A stretch of 62,073 nucleotides of DNA from Candidatus Pacebacteria bacterium RIFOXYA1_FULL_38_18. Lineage in GTDB: Bacteria; Patescibacteriota; Microgenomatia; UBA1400; PJMF01. A program made the translations under genes and the position numbers. The notes under the pieces were generated by a model. That model did not search any database. It was not told the origin of the DNA and was given only the letters and a program-made list of their open reading frames with translations. Where the stretch lies: NCBI GenBank assembly GCA_001787405.1, contig MFWV01000013.1, positions 1 through 62,073 on the forward strand. Direction: 5' to 3'. Of the stretch, positions 45,157-53,910 are shown one piece after another; within the stretch, counting starts at the first letter, position 1; each line of letters starts with the position of its first letter.

Positions 45157-46053
45157 ATGTTCAAATATCTTGCCACCAATCAGCGTACGCCAGACCAACA
45201 ATACAAAGCTCTTTTGCGGGAGATTCTGGAACATGGAGTAAAAACCAACACTCAGCTAGAAACAGATGCGCTGACCTTGATGGGTGCCAAACCCATGCGT
45301 TTTAAACTAGCAAACGGTTTTCCCATGATTACGGAGCGCAAAATCAGTGAAAAAATGTGGACTCAGGCCGTAGGTGAGATTCTGGGTTTTATCAATGGCG
45401 CTCGTACTTTGGAGCAATTGGCAGAATTTGGTTGTTTCTGGTGGGCTCCTTGGGGGACAGAGGCCAAATGTAAGAAACGTGGTCTAGCAACCGGCGATCT
45501 GGGACCTGGCTCGTATGGTGCGGCTTTTCATGATTTTCCGACCAGTGAGGGGAAACCGCACAATCAGTTCAAAGATATTATCGAGCAAATCAAAGAAAAG
45601 CCGCACCTGAGAACTCACTTTATTACTCCTTGGATTCCTCAATACATGGCTCGTGGTAAAGGCAAACAACAAAAAGTAGTGGTTTGTCCTTGTCATGGTT
45701 GGATTCATTTGCGGGTATTGAACGGCAAATTGACTCTGCACATGTTTCAGCGCTCTGGTGATGTGCCGGTCGGCGTGCCGGCCAACATGATTCAATATGC
45801 GGCACTTTTGCTAGCTATTGCTCAAGTAACTGGTTTTGAGCCTTACGAATACGTGCACACTATTTCTGATGCTCACATTTATGTTGATCAAATTTCCAGA
45901 GTAAAAGAAATGTTAAAACGAGAAGATCGAGTTTTTCCCACCATGACGCTCAAAAATAAGCATCAAGATATTTTTCAGTATCGACATACTGATTTTGAGT
46001 TGAGTGATTACGATCCTCATCCAGGAATTTGGGATTTTCCGGTGGCAATCTAA
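45157..46053 (+). CDS. thyA: thymidylate synthase (ThyA family, divergent)
   Basis: CPCHGWIHL (catalytic Cys), FQRSGDVPVGVPANMIQY, SDAHIYVDQ, DYDPHPGIWDFPVAI. The DRTGTGT phosphate-binding motif is replaced by QLETDAL. Confidence 0.75.
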   Translation: MFKYLATNQRTPDQQYKALLREILEHGVKTNTQLETDALTLMGAKPMRFKLANGFPMITERKISEKMWTQAVGEILGFINGARTLEQLAEFGCFWWAPWGTEAKCKKRGLATGDLGPGSYGAAFHDFPTSEGKPHNQFKDIIEQIKEKPHLRTHFITPWIPQYMARGKGKQQKVVVCPCHGWIHLRVLNGKLTLHMFQRSGDVPVGVPANMIQYAALLLAIAQVTGFEPYEYVHTISDAHIYVDQISRVKEMLKREDRVFPTMTLKNKHQDIFQYRHTDFELSDYDPHPGIWDFPVAI

Positions 46054-46118
46054 AAAAACTTAAGTTAAATGTCAATAAATTTTAGTACTAATTAAAACTT
46101 AAAACGCATCAAACAACT

Positions 46119-46598
46119 ATGTCTTCAACTCAATCTGTCAAAAATCTCGGTCCCATCACTTTTGTGGATATTGACAACGCTCGTGAAGTAGAACAGATCG
46201 AGTTAATGAAACAAATCATGGAAAGCGGTGAATGTCCGTTTTGTTTGGAAAATCTCAAAAAATATCATCGTACTCCTGTTTTGAAAGAAACCGAACATTG
46301 GCTTTTAACTCGCAATGCTTGGCCATATGACAATACTCGTGAGCATTTTTTAATCATTCTCAAAACTCATAAAGAACGATTGAGAGAGTTGAGTCCAGAT
46401 GAGGGAGCTGATTTTTTCCGATTGATGGTTTGGGCGGAGAAAAAATTTGATTTACCAGGTGGGGGATTAGTCATGCGTTTTGGTGACACTGTTTATTCAG
46501 CAGGCAGTGTCAAACATTTACACGCTCAATTGATCGTACCAGATATAGATAAGCCTGGATTTAAACCCACCCGCATCAAGATAGGAAAAGCTAGGTAG
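46119..46598 (+). CDS. HIT-family nucleotide hydrolase/transferase
   Basis: SVKHLHAQLIV histidine triad. CPFC zinc motif near the N-terminus. Confidence 0.7.
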   Translation: MSSTQSVKNLGPITFVDIDNAREVEQIELMKQIMESGECPFCLENLKKYHRTPVLKETEHWLLTRNAWPYDNTREHFLIILKTHKERLRELSPDEGADFFRLMVWAEKKFDLPGGGLVMRFGDTVYSAGSVKHLHAQLIVPDIDKPGFKPTRIKIGKAR

Positions 46599-46650
46599 TT
46601 TGGCAAATCAGCCAAGCAATAAGAGTTTCTTTGGCAATGATTTTTTAAAA

Positions 46651-47577
46651 TTAAACAGTGACACGAATTAATTTCACTCCATTGGCTTTTAGAATTGTCT
46701 CACCATCTAGTAAACTGTAGCCTTCACGGAAAAAAACTCGTTTGATACCACTGTATGCTACTTGTTTGGCGCAGACTGGACAGGGGAAAGTAGTGACATA
46801 AAGGTCAGCTCCTTCTAGAGAAATGCCTTGTTTGGCTGCTTGGGCAATTAAATAAGCCTCTGCATGAATGGCGGTGGAGATTTTCAGATATTCGCCCTGG
46901 TGAAAATCGGCTCGCGGATCGCCGGCAAAATAGGCTTCGGCTTCTGTTGGGGTGTGTTGATTATGAGCAAGCAATAAAATGGTTTCGTCTTTGAAAATTA
47001 ATCCGCCCACTTGCCTCCACCAGTCATCACTTTTATCAGCTTCTTGTTGAGCGATAGCGATCATCATTTGATCAAATTCTTTGTTCGAAATCTCTGAATA
47101 TTCCTGTAAATCATGTTTTTTTAATGATGATTTTTTATCCCATCTCAAGAAAAAACTAGCGAATAAAACCCGATTTTGAGCGAAATATTTTTCTACTAAA
47201 TGATGGCTAATTTCTTCATCGGGAAAGACTAATTGGGTCGTAGTTTTTTGTAAAATCGCTAGAGAACTAGGAGTTAATAGCTTGATTTTTTGAAATTGAC
47301 CCCAAGTTTGCAGTAATTTTTTCGTTTCACTTGCTTTCAGTGCACGGATGTCTTTTTGCAAAGACCGCAGTTCGTGACTCAATTCTTGACTGATCAACCA
47401 TAATTCTTTTACAGCTGGAAAATGACGGAAAAATCGTCGATAACCCTCATGAATAACCGGTACATAAGCTACCAGAACTTGATCTTTTTTTTGATCAGTT
47501 GGTTTGTTTTCAATTGATTTTTGACCAATTGATTTTTTGAGGTTGGTTGACCTATTTTTTTTCGCCCTTGAGCTCAT
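46651..47577 (-). CDS. dCMP/cytidine deaminase domain fused to an unassigned roughly 160-aa N-terminal domain
   Basis: C-terminal HAEAYLIAQAA...TTFPCPVCAKQVAYSGIKRVFF (H-A-E / PCxxC zinc site). I could not assign the N-terminal VLVAYVPVIHEGYRRFFRHF.. region. Confidence 0.7.
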   Translation of the reverse strand: MSSRAKKNRSTNLKKSIGQKSIENKPTDQKKDQVLVAYVPVIHEGYRRFFRHFPAVKELWLISQELSHELRSLQKDIRALKASETKKLLQTWGQFQKIKLLTPSSLAILQKTTTQLVFPDEEISHHLVEKYFAQNRVLFASFFLRWDKKSSLKKHDLQEYSEISNKEFDQMMIAIAQQEADKSDDWWRQVGGLIFKDETILLLAHNQHTPTEAEAYFAGDPRADFHQGEYLKISTAIHAEAYLIAQAAKQGISLEGADLYVTTFPCPVCAKQVAYSGIKRVFFREGYSLLDGETILKANGVKLIRVTV

Positions 47578-48127
47578 TCAAAGCTTCCTCGATGGTATTA
47601 ACTAATTTTTCAGTCAAAGAAGACTTGATTTTTTGAGCAGCTTCCAGTTGCATCAAACGTAATTTGGCACTAGTGCTAGTGACAGCCATGGGTTTGAGTA
47701 CCACAACTTTGGTGCAAATCTCTTCCAATTCCTTGATTTGCTCTGGTTTATAAGTTTGTTTGGTCGCAATTAATATGTCTGGCTTGACTATTTTGATCAA
47801 TTCCCATTTGGGAGTATTAAGACTTTTCAAGACGACCAGATCTACATATTCCAGATGAGCCAACATTTCCAAGCGTTCATCTTGAGGAACAACTGGTCGG
47901 CCCTCGCCTTTACGCAAACGAATTTTTTGGTCACTATCTACACCGACAATCAAAACATCACCACGTTTTTTGGCCTCTCGACAATAACGAGCATGACCAA
48001 TGTGCAACATATCAAAAGAGCCTTGAGTGAGCACGATTTTTTTCTTGGCTCGGCGTTGTTTTTGGACAAATTTAGCTACAGCTTGGTAACTACTAGCGAT
48101 TTTGTGGCCATTCGGTGCTTTGGTCAT
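47552..48127 (-). CDS. cytidylyltransferase-like nucleotidyltransferase (RfaE-II/TagD/RibL-like)
   Basis: IVLTQGSFDMLHIGHARYCREAKKRGDVLIVGVDSD (HxGH). ATG 48127 is preferred, because the longer ORF-track N-terminus overlaps the divergent gene. Confidence 0.7.
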   Translation of the reverse strand: MTKAPNGHKIASSYQAVAKFVQKQRRAKKKIVLTQGSFDMLHIGHARYCREAKKRGDVLIVGVDSDQKIRLRKGEGRPVVPQDERLEMLAHLEYVDLVVLKSLNTPKWELIKIVKPDILIATKQTYKPEQIKELEEICTKVVVLKPMAVTSTSAKLRLMQLEAAQKIKSSLTEKLVNTIEEALNELKGEKK

Positions 48128-48137
48128 GGATGTGATG

Positions 48138-48147
48138 ATTGTACAAT
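48138..48147. promoter_or_regulatory. palindromic ATTGTACAAT, a candidate shared bidirectional -10 element
   Basis: Reads TACAAT on both strands, 8 nt before ATG 48156 (+) and 10 nt before ATG 48127 (-). Confidence 0.4.
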
Positions 48148-48155
48148 ATCTCAAA

Positions 48156-48917
48156 ATGAAAGTGATGGCAATCAAAACCTCAATTATTAAACCTGGAGAA
48201 AATCTAGAGCGATTTTTGACGGTGCATATCAAGAAATTGCCAGAAAAAAGTATTTTAGTGATCACTTCCAAAATTATTAGTTTTGCTCAAAACAGACTGG
48301 TGCCAGTGGAGACTGGTGAGCGAGACGAAAAACACGCGTTAACTCGTCAGGAGGCGGATTTATACTTGGATCCTGCTCAATCCAAATATGACATCATGCT
48401 CACGATCAAAAATTCATTATTGGCGGTCAATGCAGGGATTGATCAATCCAATGCTGATGGTCAGTATGTGCTTTGGCCGAAAAATTTACAGCAAACCATC
48501 AATCAGCTTTGGCAATTTTTGCGAGAACATTTTCAAGTTGGGCAATTAGGCATCATTGTGACTGATAGCAAAACCATGCCTCTGCGCTGGGGAGTAACAG
48601 GAACAGCGATTGCTCACTGTGGTTTTGAGGCACTGATCAGTAAAATCGGTACGCCTGATATTTTTGGAAAAAACCTAGAAATGACACAAATTAATGTGAT
48701 GGAAGCGGTGGGTATTGCGGCGGTCTTCGAGATGGGGGAGGGAAATGAGCAACAGCCACTGGCCCTTGTTTCAGAGATCTCCCAGCCAGTGCGTTTTCAA
48801 GATCGACCGCCGACCGATACAGAGCTTTCTGACTTGGTTATCAAACCAGAAGATGATGTGTATGCTCCAGTGATGATGAGTGCTAATTGGCGAAAGGGAG
48901 GCGGTCAACATGAGTAA
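48156..48917 (+). CDS. CofE-like (F420-0:gamma-glutamyl ligase family) protein
   Basis: IKPGENLERFL..ILVITSKIISFAQNRLV..AVNAGIDQSNADGQYVLWP..IIVTDSKTMPLRWGVTGTAIAHCGF. Confidence 0.55.
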   Translation: MKVMAIKTSIIKPGENLERFLTVHIKKLPEKSILVITSKIISFAQNRLVPVETGERDEKHALTRQEADLYLDPAQSKYDIMLTIKNSLLAVNAGIDQSNADGQYVLWPKNLQQTINQLWQFLREHFQVGQLGIIVTDSKTMPLRWGVTGTAIAHCGFEALISKIGTPDIFGKNLEMTQINVMEAVGIAAVFEMGEGNEQQPLALVSEISQPVRFQDRPPTDTELSDLVIKPEDDVYAPVMMSANWRKGGGQHE

Positions 48918-49518
48918 AGAAAAGTCTCCAAATTTAGAAAAAATTCATGTTTTTGGCATAGCAGCCATCAGTCAGGACGGTTTTATTGGTCAAGATAAAG
49001 TTCATGTTTCAACCAAATGGACTAGCCAGGCAGACAAGGATTGGTTTTGGGATAGAACTAAACAAGCTGGCGCAGTAGTGATGGGTAGCACCACTTTTTT
49101 TGCCACTCGTAAGCCTGGTTGGCCGTTGCCGGAAAGAATGAATTTTGTTTTGACTCGTGATCCAAAAACAGTTTGGCAACGCTATGACAGTGACGAAGAA
49201 CGAACAGCTGTCAAGCAAAAAACCAATTTAGTTTATTTAAATGCTTCTCCTAGAGAATTAATTGAGCGAGCGATTACTGATCAATTTACTGAGCTGGCAG
49301 TTTGTGGAGGAACTAGTATCTACACTGATTTTTTACCTTTTATGCAGACTTTTTATTTGACTAGAGAACCAGTGGAACTCAAACAAGGTTTGCCACTCAT
49401 CAAAAACACCAATCTTTTGGCTTTGGAAAAATTACTAAACAGCGAATTTGAGTTAGTAGAAGAAATTAAACTAAATAACCAAGGTACTTTTCGTCAAACT
49501 TGGCAAAGAAAAGACTAA
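48910..49518 (+). CDS. dihydrofolate reductase-like (RibD_C/DHFR family) protein
   Basis: IHVFGIAAISQDGFIGQ..AVVMGSTTFFAT..MNFVLTRD. Overlaps the CofE-like stop (ATGAGTAA). Confidence 0.55.
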   Translation: MSKEKSPNLEKIHVFGIAAISQDGFIGQDKVHVSTKWTSQADKDWFWDRTKQAGAVVMGSTTFFATRKPGWPLPERMNFVLTRDPKTVWQRYDSDEERTAVKQKTNLVYLNASPRELIERAITDQFTELAVCGGTSIYTDFLPFMQTFYLTREPVELKQGLPLIKNTNLLALEKLLNSEFELVEEIKLNNQGTFRQTWQRKD

Positions 49519-49520
49519 TT

Positions 49521-49949
49521 ATGAAAATACAAATTAAGCGTTTTGATAAAAATTTACCGCTACCAGAGTATAAGACTGCGGGGGCAGCAGCTTTTGATTT
49601 ATATGCCAGGGAAAAAACCGTTATTCCAGCCAAGACGGTTAAATTGGTACCACTGAATATTGCTCTGCAACTGCCCAAAAATCACTGGGCCATACTATCA
49701 GCTCGCAGTTCGTTGCATAAAAAAGGCTTGATGATAGCCAATGGTATTGGTGTGGGGGATTACGACTATCGCGGTGATAATGATGAGTACCAGGCAGCTT
49801 TGTACAATTTTACAGATCAGTCGACGACCGTAGAGCAAGGTGAGCGCATTGTGCAGATGATTATTCTGCAACGCGAACGAGCCGAGTTTGTAGAGCAGTC
49901 CCAATTAAATACCGAAGATCGCGGGGGATTTGGGAGCACTGGTCATTAA
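49521..49949 (+). CDS. dut: dUTP diphosphatase
   Basis: AGAAAFDLYA, GIGVGDYDYRGD, RGGFGSTGH motifs. Confidence 0.85.
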   Translation: MKIQIKRFDKNLPLPEYKTAGAAAFDLYAREKTVIPAKTVKLVPLNIALQLPKNHWAILSARSSLHKKGLMIANGIGVGDYDYRGDNDEYQAALYNFTDQSTTVEQGERIVQMIILQRERAEFVEQSQLNTEDRGGFGSTGH

Positions 49950-50169
49950 ATTATTTTTTCCCAGTAAGATATTTTTTGTTCTTTATTCAAAAAAAGATTG
50001 ATTCTGAAGTGAGTTTTTGTAAAAAAGCATTTGCTTGGTTTTTTTTCGGGTTGTACACTAGAAAATTTTCCTGTATGAATTATGGATCTTTCACAAGCTG
50101 TTGTATCGCAAAAATAGCCTGTACTACAACATATTGTGTTTTTTTAAAATAATTTATTTGGAATAATCA

Positions 50170-51246
50170 GTGCCAAAAAACGCGGAACAAAAACAATCTT
50201 TTTCAAATTGGAGGGAAAGAGCTCACCCTTTTTATCAACTGACGGCAAACTTTTTGGATGGTAAGGGCTTTGAGCCAACCACAACACCAGAACTAAATCT
50301 GGATTTTTGGGGCAATTTCCCTCCCAAAGAAATCATTCTGGCCACTGGCAGTACTAGAAAAGCCTTGATCTTGAGTGTAATCCTGACCAAAACCGAACTG
50401 CCTTTTAGTCATCCTCTGGAATATCAAGATTTCGTCATTAAACACATCAATAATGGGAACGGCTTTCTGCAACACAAAGCTTTGCTCGGTTTTTATGAGG
50501 GTGTACCAGTTTATGCTCATTCGGCAGCAGCTGGAGAGAGTGATGCCAATAATCCTCGTCAAGAAGCCATAAATAAAGCTCAGTGGTTGGCCAATCAAGA
50601 ACCATACAAACTAGATAGTGATAATTATTTGATCATCACTACTGACGCAGTCGATTTTCCAGATAGAGACAACAATGGTCGATTTGATCAAGACAGCGAG
50701 GGTTTGGGAAAACCCATGAATAATGCTGATTATCCTCAAGCCAATTTTTTAATGAAAACACGCAGGAGAGTTTTACAGTCCTTGGGACAATTGATTTATG
50801 ACGGACAGAAGAAAAAATACGAAAAAAGATACATCAAAGATAATTATCCAGTAGGAACAACCCTCATTCATCACAACTCGATTGTGCTTTTGGAGATCAT
50901 TTCTCATTCATCAGTGGAAGTGATCAAGATTTGGGACATGATCATTCGCGCTCTCATTACCAAAGATTTTGTCAAAAATGCACAAGTTTATCCTGATCAA
51001 GGAGGTGGAGGAGCGTCTCAGCAAAATCAGGATTGGCAATCAGCAGAGAAAGTTTTTGCCACTTTGGACGAAGCAACTCAAAAGTCTTTGGCTTCTTATT
51101 TGGAACAGGATCCGCAGTTTTTTAAAATGTTAGTGCTTTTTCAAATTTCTGGCATGCCGGCAATTAGTATTTTACAAGAAATTGAACAATGGGCTAAAAA
51201 TAAAACTCAGGTTGTTGCGGAAGGGATTGATTTAACAGAAGGTTGA
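50170..51246 (+). CDS. hypothetical protein with Maf-like N-terminal half (tentative)
   Basis: EIILATGSTRKALIL, LIITTDAVDF and GLGKPMNNAD parallel the Maf motifs ILAS.SPRR..LL, DTvv and LGKP. GTG start. About 170 extra residues. Confidence 0.35.
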   Translation: MPKNAEQKQSFSNWRERAHPFYQLTANFLDGKGFEPTTTPELNLDFWGNFPPKEIILATGSTRKALILSVILTKTELPFSHPLEYQDFVIKHINNGNGFLQHKALLGFYEGVPVYAHSAAAGESDANNPRQEAINKAQWLANQEPYKLDSDNYLIITTDAVDFPDRDNNGRFDQDSEGLGKPMNNADYPQANFLMKTRRRVLQSLGQLIYDGQKKKYEKRYIKDNYPVGTTLIHHNSIVLLEIISHSSVEVIKIWDMIIRALITKDFVKNAQVYPDQGGGGASQQNQDWQSAEKVFATLDEATQKSLASYLEQDPQFFKMLVLFQISGMPAISILQEIEQWAKNKTQVVAEGIDLTEG

Positions 51247-51326
51247 TTTAACAGAAAACTAAATCTTTAAAAAAGGAAGACTTAACCGTTGTATTTAAAT
51301 AGAAAAACCAGTAAAGTGAGTGAAAT

Positions 51327-51962
51327 ATGAAACACGAAAAAGGAATTTTAATTGCACTGGAAGGTGGTGAGGGAGGTGGAAAAACTACGCAGATTGTTCG
51401 TTTGACTACACGTTTTAAAAAAGCGGGCAAAGACGTAGTTTCAGTCAGAGAACCTGGCGGTACGGTGATTAGTGAACAAATCCGTGAAGTAGTGCTTTCT
51501 CATAAAAATATTGGCATGCAAGATACCACAGAGGTGTTGCTGTTTCAGGCGGCTCGTGCTCAGATTTATGGCGAAGTAGTAATTCCCGCCTTGAAAGCTG
51601 GCAAGATTGTTTTGATGGATCGGACCAGTGACAGTAGTGTGGTTTATCAGGGTATGGTGCGGGGTTTTGGCAGAAAATTGATTGAACAATTGAATGAAAT
51701 CTCTACTCAAAAAACCACGCCAGATTTAACAATTCTCTTAGATGTGTCTGTAAAAATTGGTTTGGAGAGACGCAACGGCTCTGGTAAGATTGATCGTTTG
51801 GATATGGAAGCTGCTGATTTTCATGAACAGGTGCGTCAAGCCTACTTGAGTTTGGCCAAAGAAAATGCTCATAAGCGTTGGATCACAGTTAATGCTGAGC
51901 AATCAGAGGACGAAGTGGAAAAAGCACTTTGGCAAATAATTTCCAAAAAACTTTCTTTATAA
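51327..51962 (+). CDS. tmk: thymidylate kinase
   Basis: ILIALEGGEGGGKTTQ P-loop. VLMDRTSDSSVVYQG (DR motif). Confidence 0.9.
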   Translation: MKHEKGILIALEGGEGGGKTTQIVRLTTRFKKAGKDVVSVREPGGTVISEQIREVVLSHKNIGMQDTTEVLLFQAARAQIYGEVVIPALKAGKIVLMDRTSDSSVVYQGMVRGFGRKLIEQLNEISTQKTTPDLTILLDVSVKIGLERRNGSGKIDRLDMEAADFHEQVRQAYLSLAKENAHKRWITVNAEQSEDEVEKALWQIISKKLSL

Positions 51963-51999
51963 TTTCTGATATGCTTTGAAGCATTGATTGGTATGTAAA

Positions 52000-52611
52000 A
52001 TGCAAAAACTTCCTAAAGCGGTTACTAGATTGGTCGAGAAATTCGAGCGTTTGCCCGGAGTGGGTCCCAAATCTGCTCAGCGTTTAGTTTTCTATTTATT
52101 ACACAATCCAGATCATGAATTGGCAGACTTTGCTGAAAAACTCATTGCCCTCAAAAAAGAAACAGTCAGGTGCAAAATTTGTCACAATGTGGCCGAACAT
52201 GATCCTTGCGATATTTGCAGTGATGATTCTAGAGATAAAACTTTACTGTGCGTTGTAGAACAACCGTTGGATTTATTGGCTATCGAAAGATCAAATAAAT
52301 TTAATGGTCAATATCATGTGTTGCATGGCTCGATTTCACCACTCAATAATATCGGTCCTGAACAACTTTTTTTACGCGACATCATCAAGCGTTTGACAGG
52401 AGTAGAGGAATTAATCTTGGCCACCAATCCCACCATGGAGGGGGAAGCAACGGCTCTTTATATTATGGAAATGCTCAAAAATAACTCTCACGAAAAATTC
52501 AAAAAAATTAAACTAACCCGCATCGGTCATGGTTTGCCGATCGGAGCAGACATAGAATATGCTGATGGAGTTACCTTGGCACGAGCCTTGGAGGGCCGAC
52601 GAGAAATGTAG
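52000..52611 (+). CDS. recR: recombination protein RecR
   Basis: LPGVGPKSAQRL HhH motif. CKICHNV..DPCDIC zinc finger. Toprim (LILATNPTMEGEATA). Confidence 0.9.
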   Translation: MQKLPKAVTRLVEKFERLPGVGPKSAQRLVFYLLHNPDHELADFAEKLIALKKETVRCKICHNVAEHDPCDICSDDSRDKTLLCVVEQPLDLLAIERSNKFNGQYHVLHGSISPLNNIGPEQLFLRDIIKRLTGVEELILATNPTMEGEATALYIMEMLKNNSHEKFKKIKLTRIGHGLPIGADIEYADGVTLARALEGRREM

Positions 52612-52681
52612 TTTGAGATTTGATTTATTTGGACTGTGCTATACTTTTAAATAGATGGTTAGTCAGCTGATAGTTTCAAGT

Positions 52682-52729
52682 AACCGACTGTTTTTCCTCA
52701 AGAAATGAGAGAAAAAGGTCGGTTTTTTT
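52682..52729 (+). terminator. long hairpin terminator after recR
   Basis: AACCGAC (52682-52688) pairs with GTCGGTT (52718-52724). There is an inner TTTTTC(C)TC/GAGAGAAAAA helix and a following T-run. Confidence 0.6.
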
Positions 52730-52813
52730 GAAATTTATTTTAGATTAAATAAAGTTGAGTAGAGTTATAACAAATGGGATAGAGTAGTAATAAATAATAA
52801 CCGAGGAGAACTC

Positions 52814-53164
52814 ATGAATATTCTAGTTCAAGCCAAAAACATGAAGACCACCAAGGCACTGCGAACATTTATTGAAGATCAACTGAGTAAAATCAAAAGA
52901 CTGGGTTTGCCAATTCAGCGAGTGCAAGTGTTTTTGGAAAATGTGACGAGAAAAGACAATGATCCTCATCGCGCCACAGTCCAGTTGGTAACGGACATTC
53001 CCAAAAAAGGTCGCATTACGATCGAAAGCAAAACTCACGACCTTTACTTGGCAGTAAGTGAGGCTACCAAATCCTTAATGCGACACTTACGCAAAGAAAA
53101 AGAAAAACTTCATGATCAAACCAGGCGCCAGCGAAGAAAATTGAAAAATGGTGATATTGAATAG
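52814..53164 (+). CDS. hpf: ribosome hibernation promoting factor / RaiA family
   Basis: GAGGAG SD. MNILVQAKNMKTTKALRTFIEDQLSKIKRL.. is a typical HPF N-terminus. Confidence 0.8.
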   Translation: MNILVQAKNMKTTKALRTFIEDQLSKIKRLGLPIQRVQVFLENVTRKDNDPHRATVQLVTDIPKKGRITIESKTHDLYLAVSEATKSLMRHLRKEKEKLHDQTRRQRRKLKNGDIE

Positions 53165-53202
53165 CTCTTGCTTGAGCACACCAGGTTTAGTATTGTGGAG
53201 TC

Positions 53203-53910
53203 ATGAATAATAATTCCGCCACCCAAAATAGTTCTCAAGATTTGACTCAAGCCTCGATTGAAAGTCCCACTCAAACTTTGCCTCAAGATCCGGCTGAAGA
53301 CTTAGTTCAAACTCAAGACTCGATTGGAAATCCAACTCAAACTATGCCCCAAGACTTAAATCAAGATTCGGATCAAGCTCAAGATTTAGATCAAGTTCAA
53401 GACTCGATTGAAAGCCCAACTCCAACCCCAACCGAAAGTCCAACTCAGGCTCCTGCTGAAGCTCCCGCAGCAAAACCAGACCCTCTAGCAGCCTTGGAAG
53501 AGCTTTTAAAAGGCTCTCAAAACTTAGGCAATTCAACTGAGCCAGATTCAAACATGAATTTGGATTCTGGTTCAATCGCCAAATCGATTACTGAGCCGAA
53601 TGCCGAATCAGCCACTAAACCAACCGCCGAATCAACTGCCAACTCAGAACAGGAGCGTCAAGAATTTACTAAAATGGAAGCTCAACAAAATCAAGCTGAT
53701 ATTCAGGAAATCAAGGAAAGAGAAGCGGCTTTACAGCAATTGGCCCAATCAGCCACTCAAGCAGATCAAGCACCAACACAAGAGAATAATGGAGCTCAGC
53801 CAACTCAGTCAATTGGTCAGTCAACTACTCAAACAGCACCGCAAACAAGCGATCAAAAAGGTTTTGAAATTCGACAGTTAGGTCACGATAAAATCCCAGG
53901 AGGATCATGA
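53203..53910 (+). CDS. low-complexity Q/T/P/D-rich repeat protein
   Basis: Repeated DSIESPTQTLPQD / DSIGNPTQTMPQD / DSIESPTPTPTESPTQ. No TM helix. Confidence 0.4.
   Translation: MNNNSATQNSSQDLTQASIESPTQTLPQDPAEDLVQTQDSIGNPTQTMPQDLNQDSDQAQDLDQVQDSIESPTPTPTESPTQAPAEAPAAKPDPLAALEELLKGSQNLGNSTEPDSNMNLDSGSIAKSITEPNAESATKPTAESTANSEQERQEFTKMEAQQNQADIQEIKEREAALQQLAQSATQADQAPTQENNGAQPTQSIGQSTTQTAPQTSDQKGFEIRQLGHDKIPGGS
53253..53426 (+). repeat. three dispersed copies of a roughly 24-bp coding repeat (CTCGATTGRAAAKYCCMACTC..)
   Basis: Copies start at 53253, 53319 and 53403 (spacings 66 and 84 bp). Confidence 0.6.

Noticed and set aside
45157-51962. Phage-like thymidine or cytosine hypermodification cluster (ThyA-like hydroxymethylase plus kinase plus transferases).
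   Set aside because: The ThyA homolog retains the Asn of the PxN motif (dUMP-type). It is accompanied by a DHFR-like gene, dUTPase, dCMP deaminase and Tmk, the textbook de novo dTTP route. No glycosyl or aminoacyl transferases or phage genes are present. It is kept only as an unusual housekeeping cluster.
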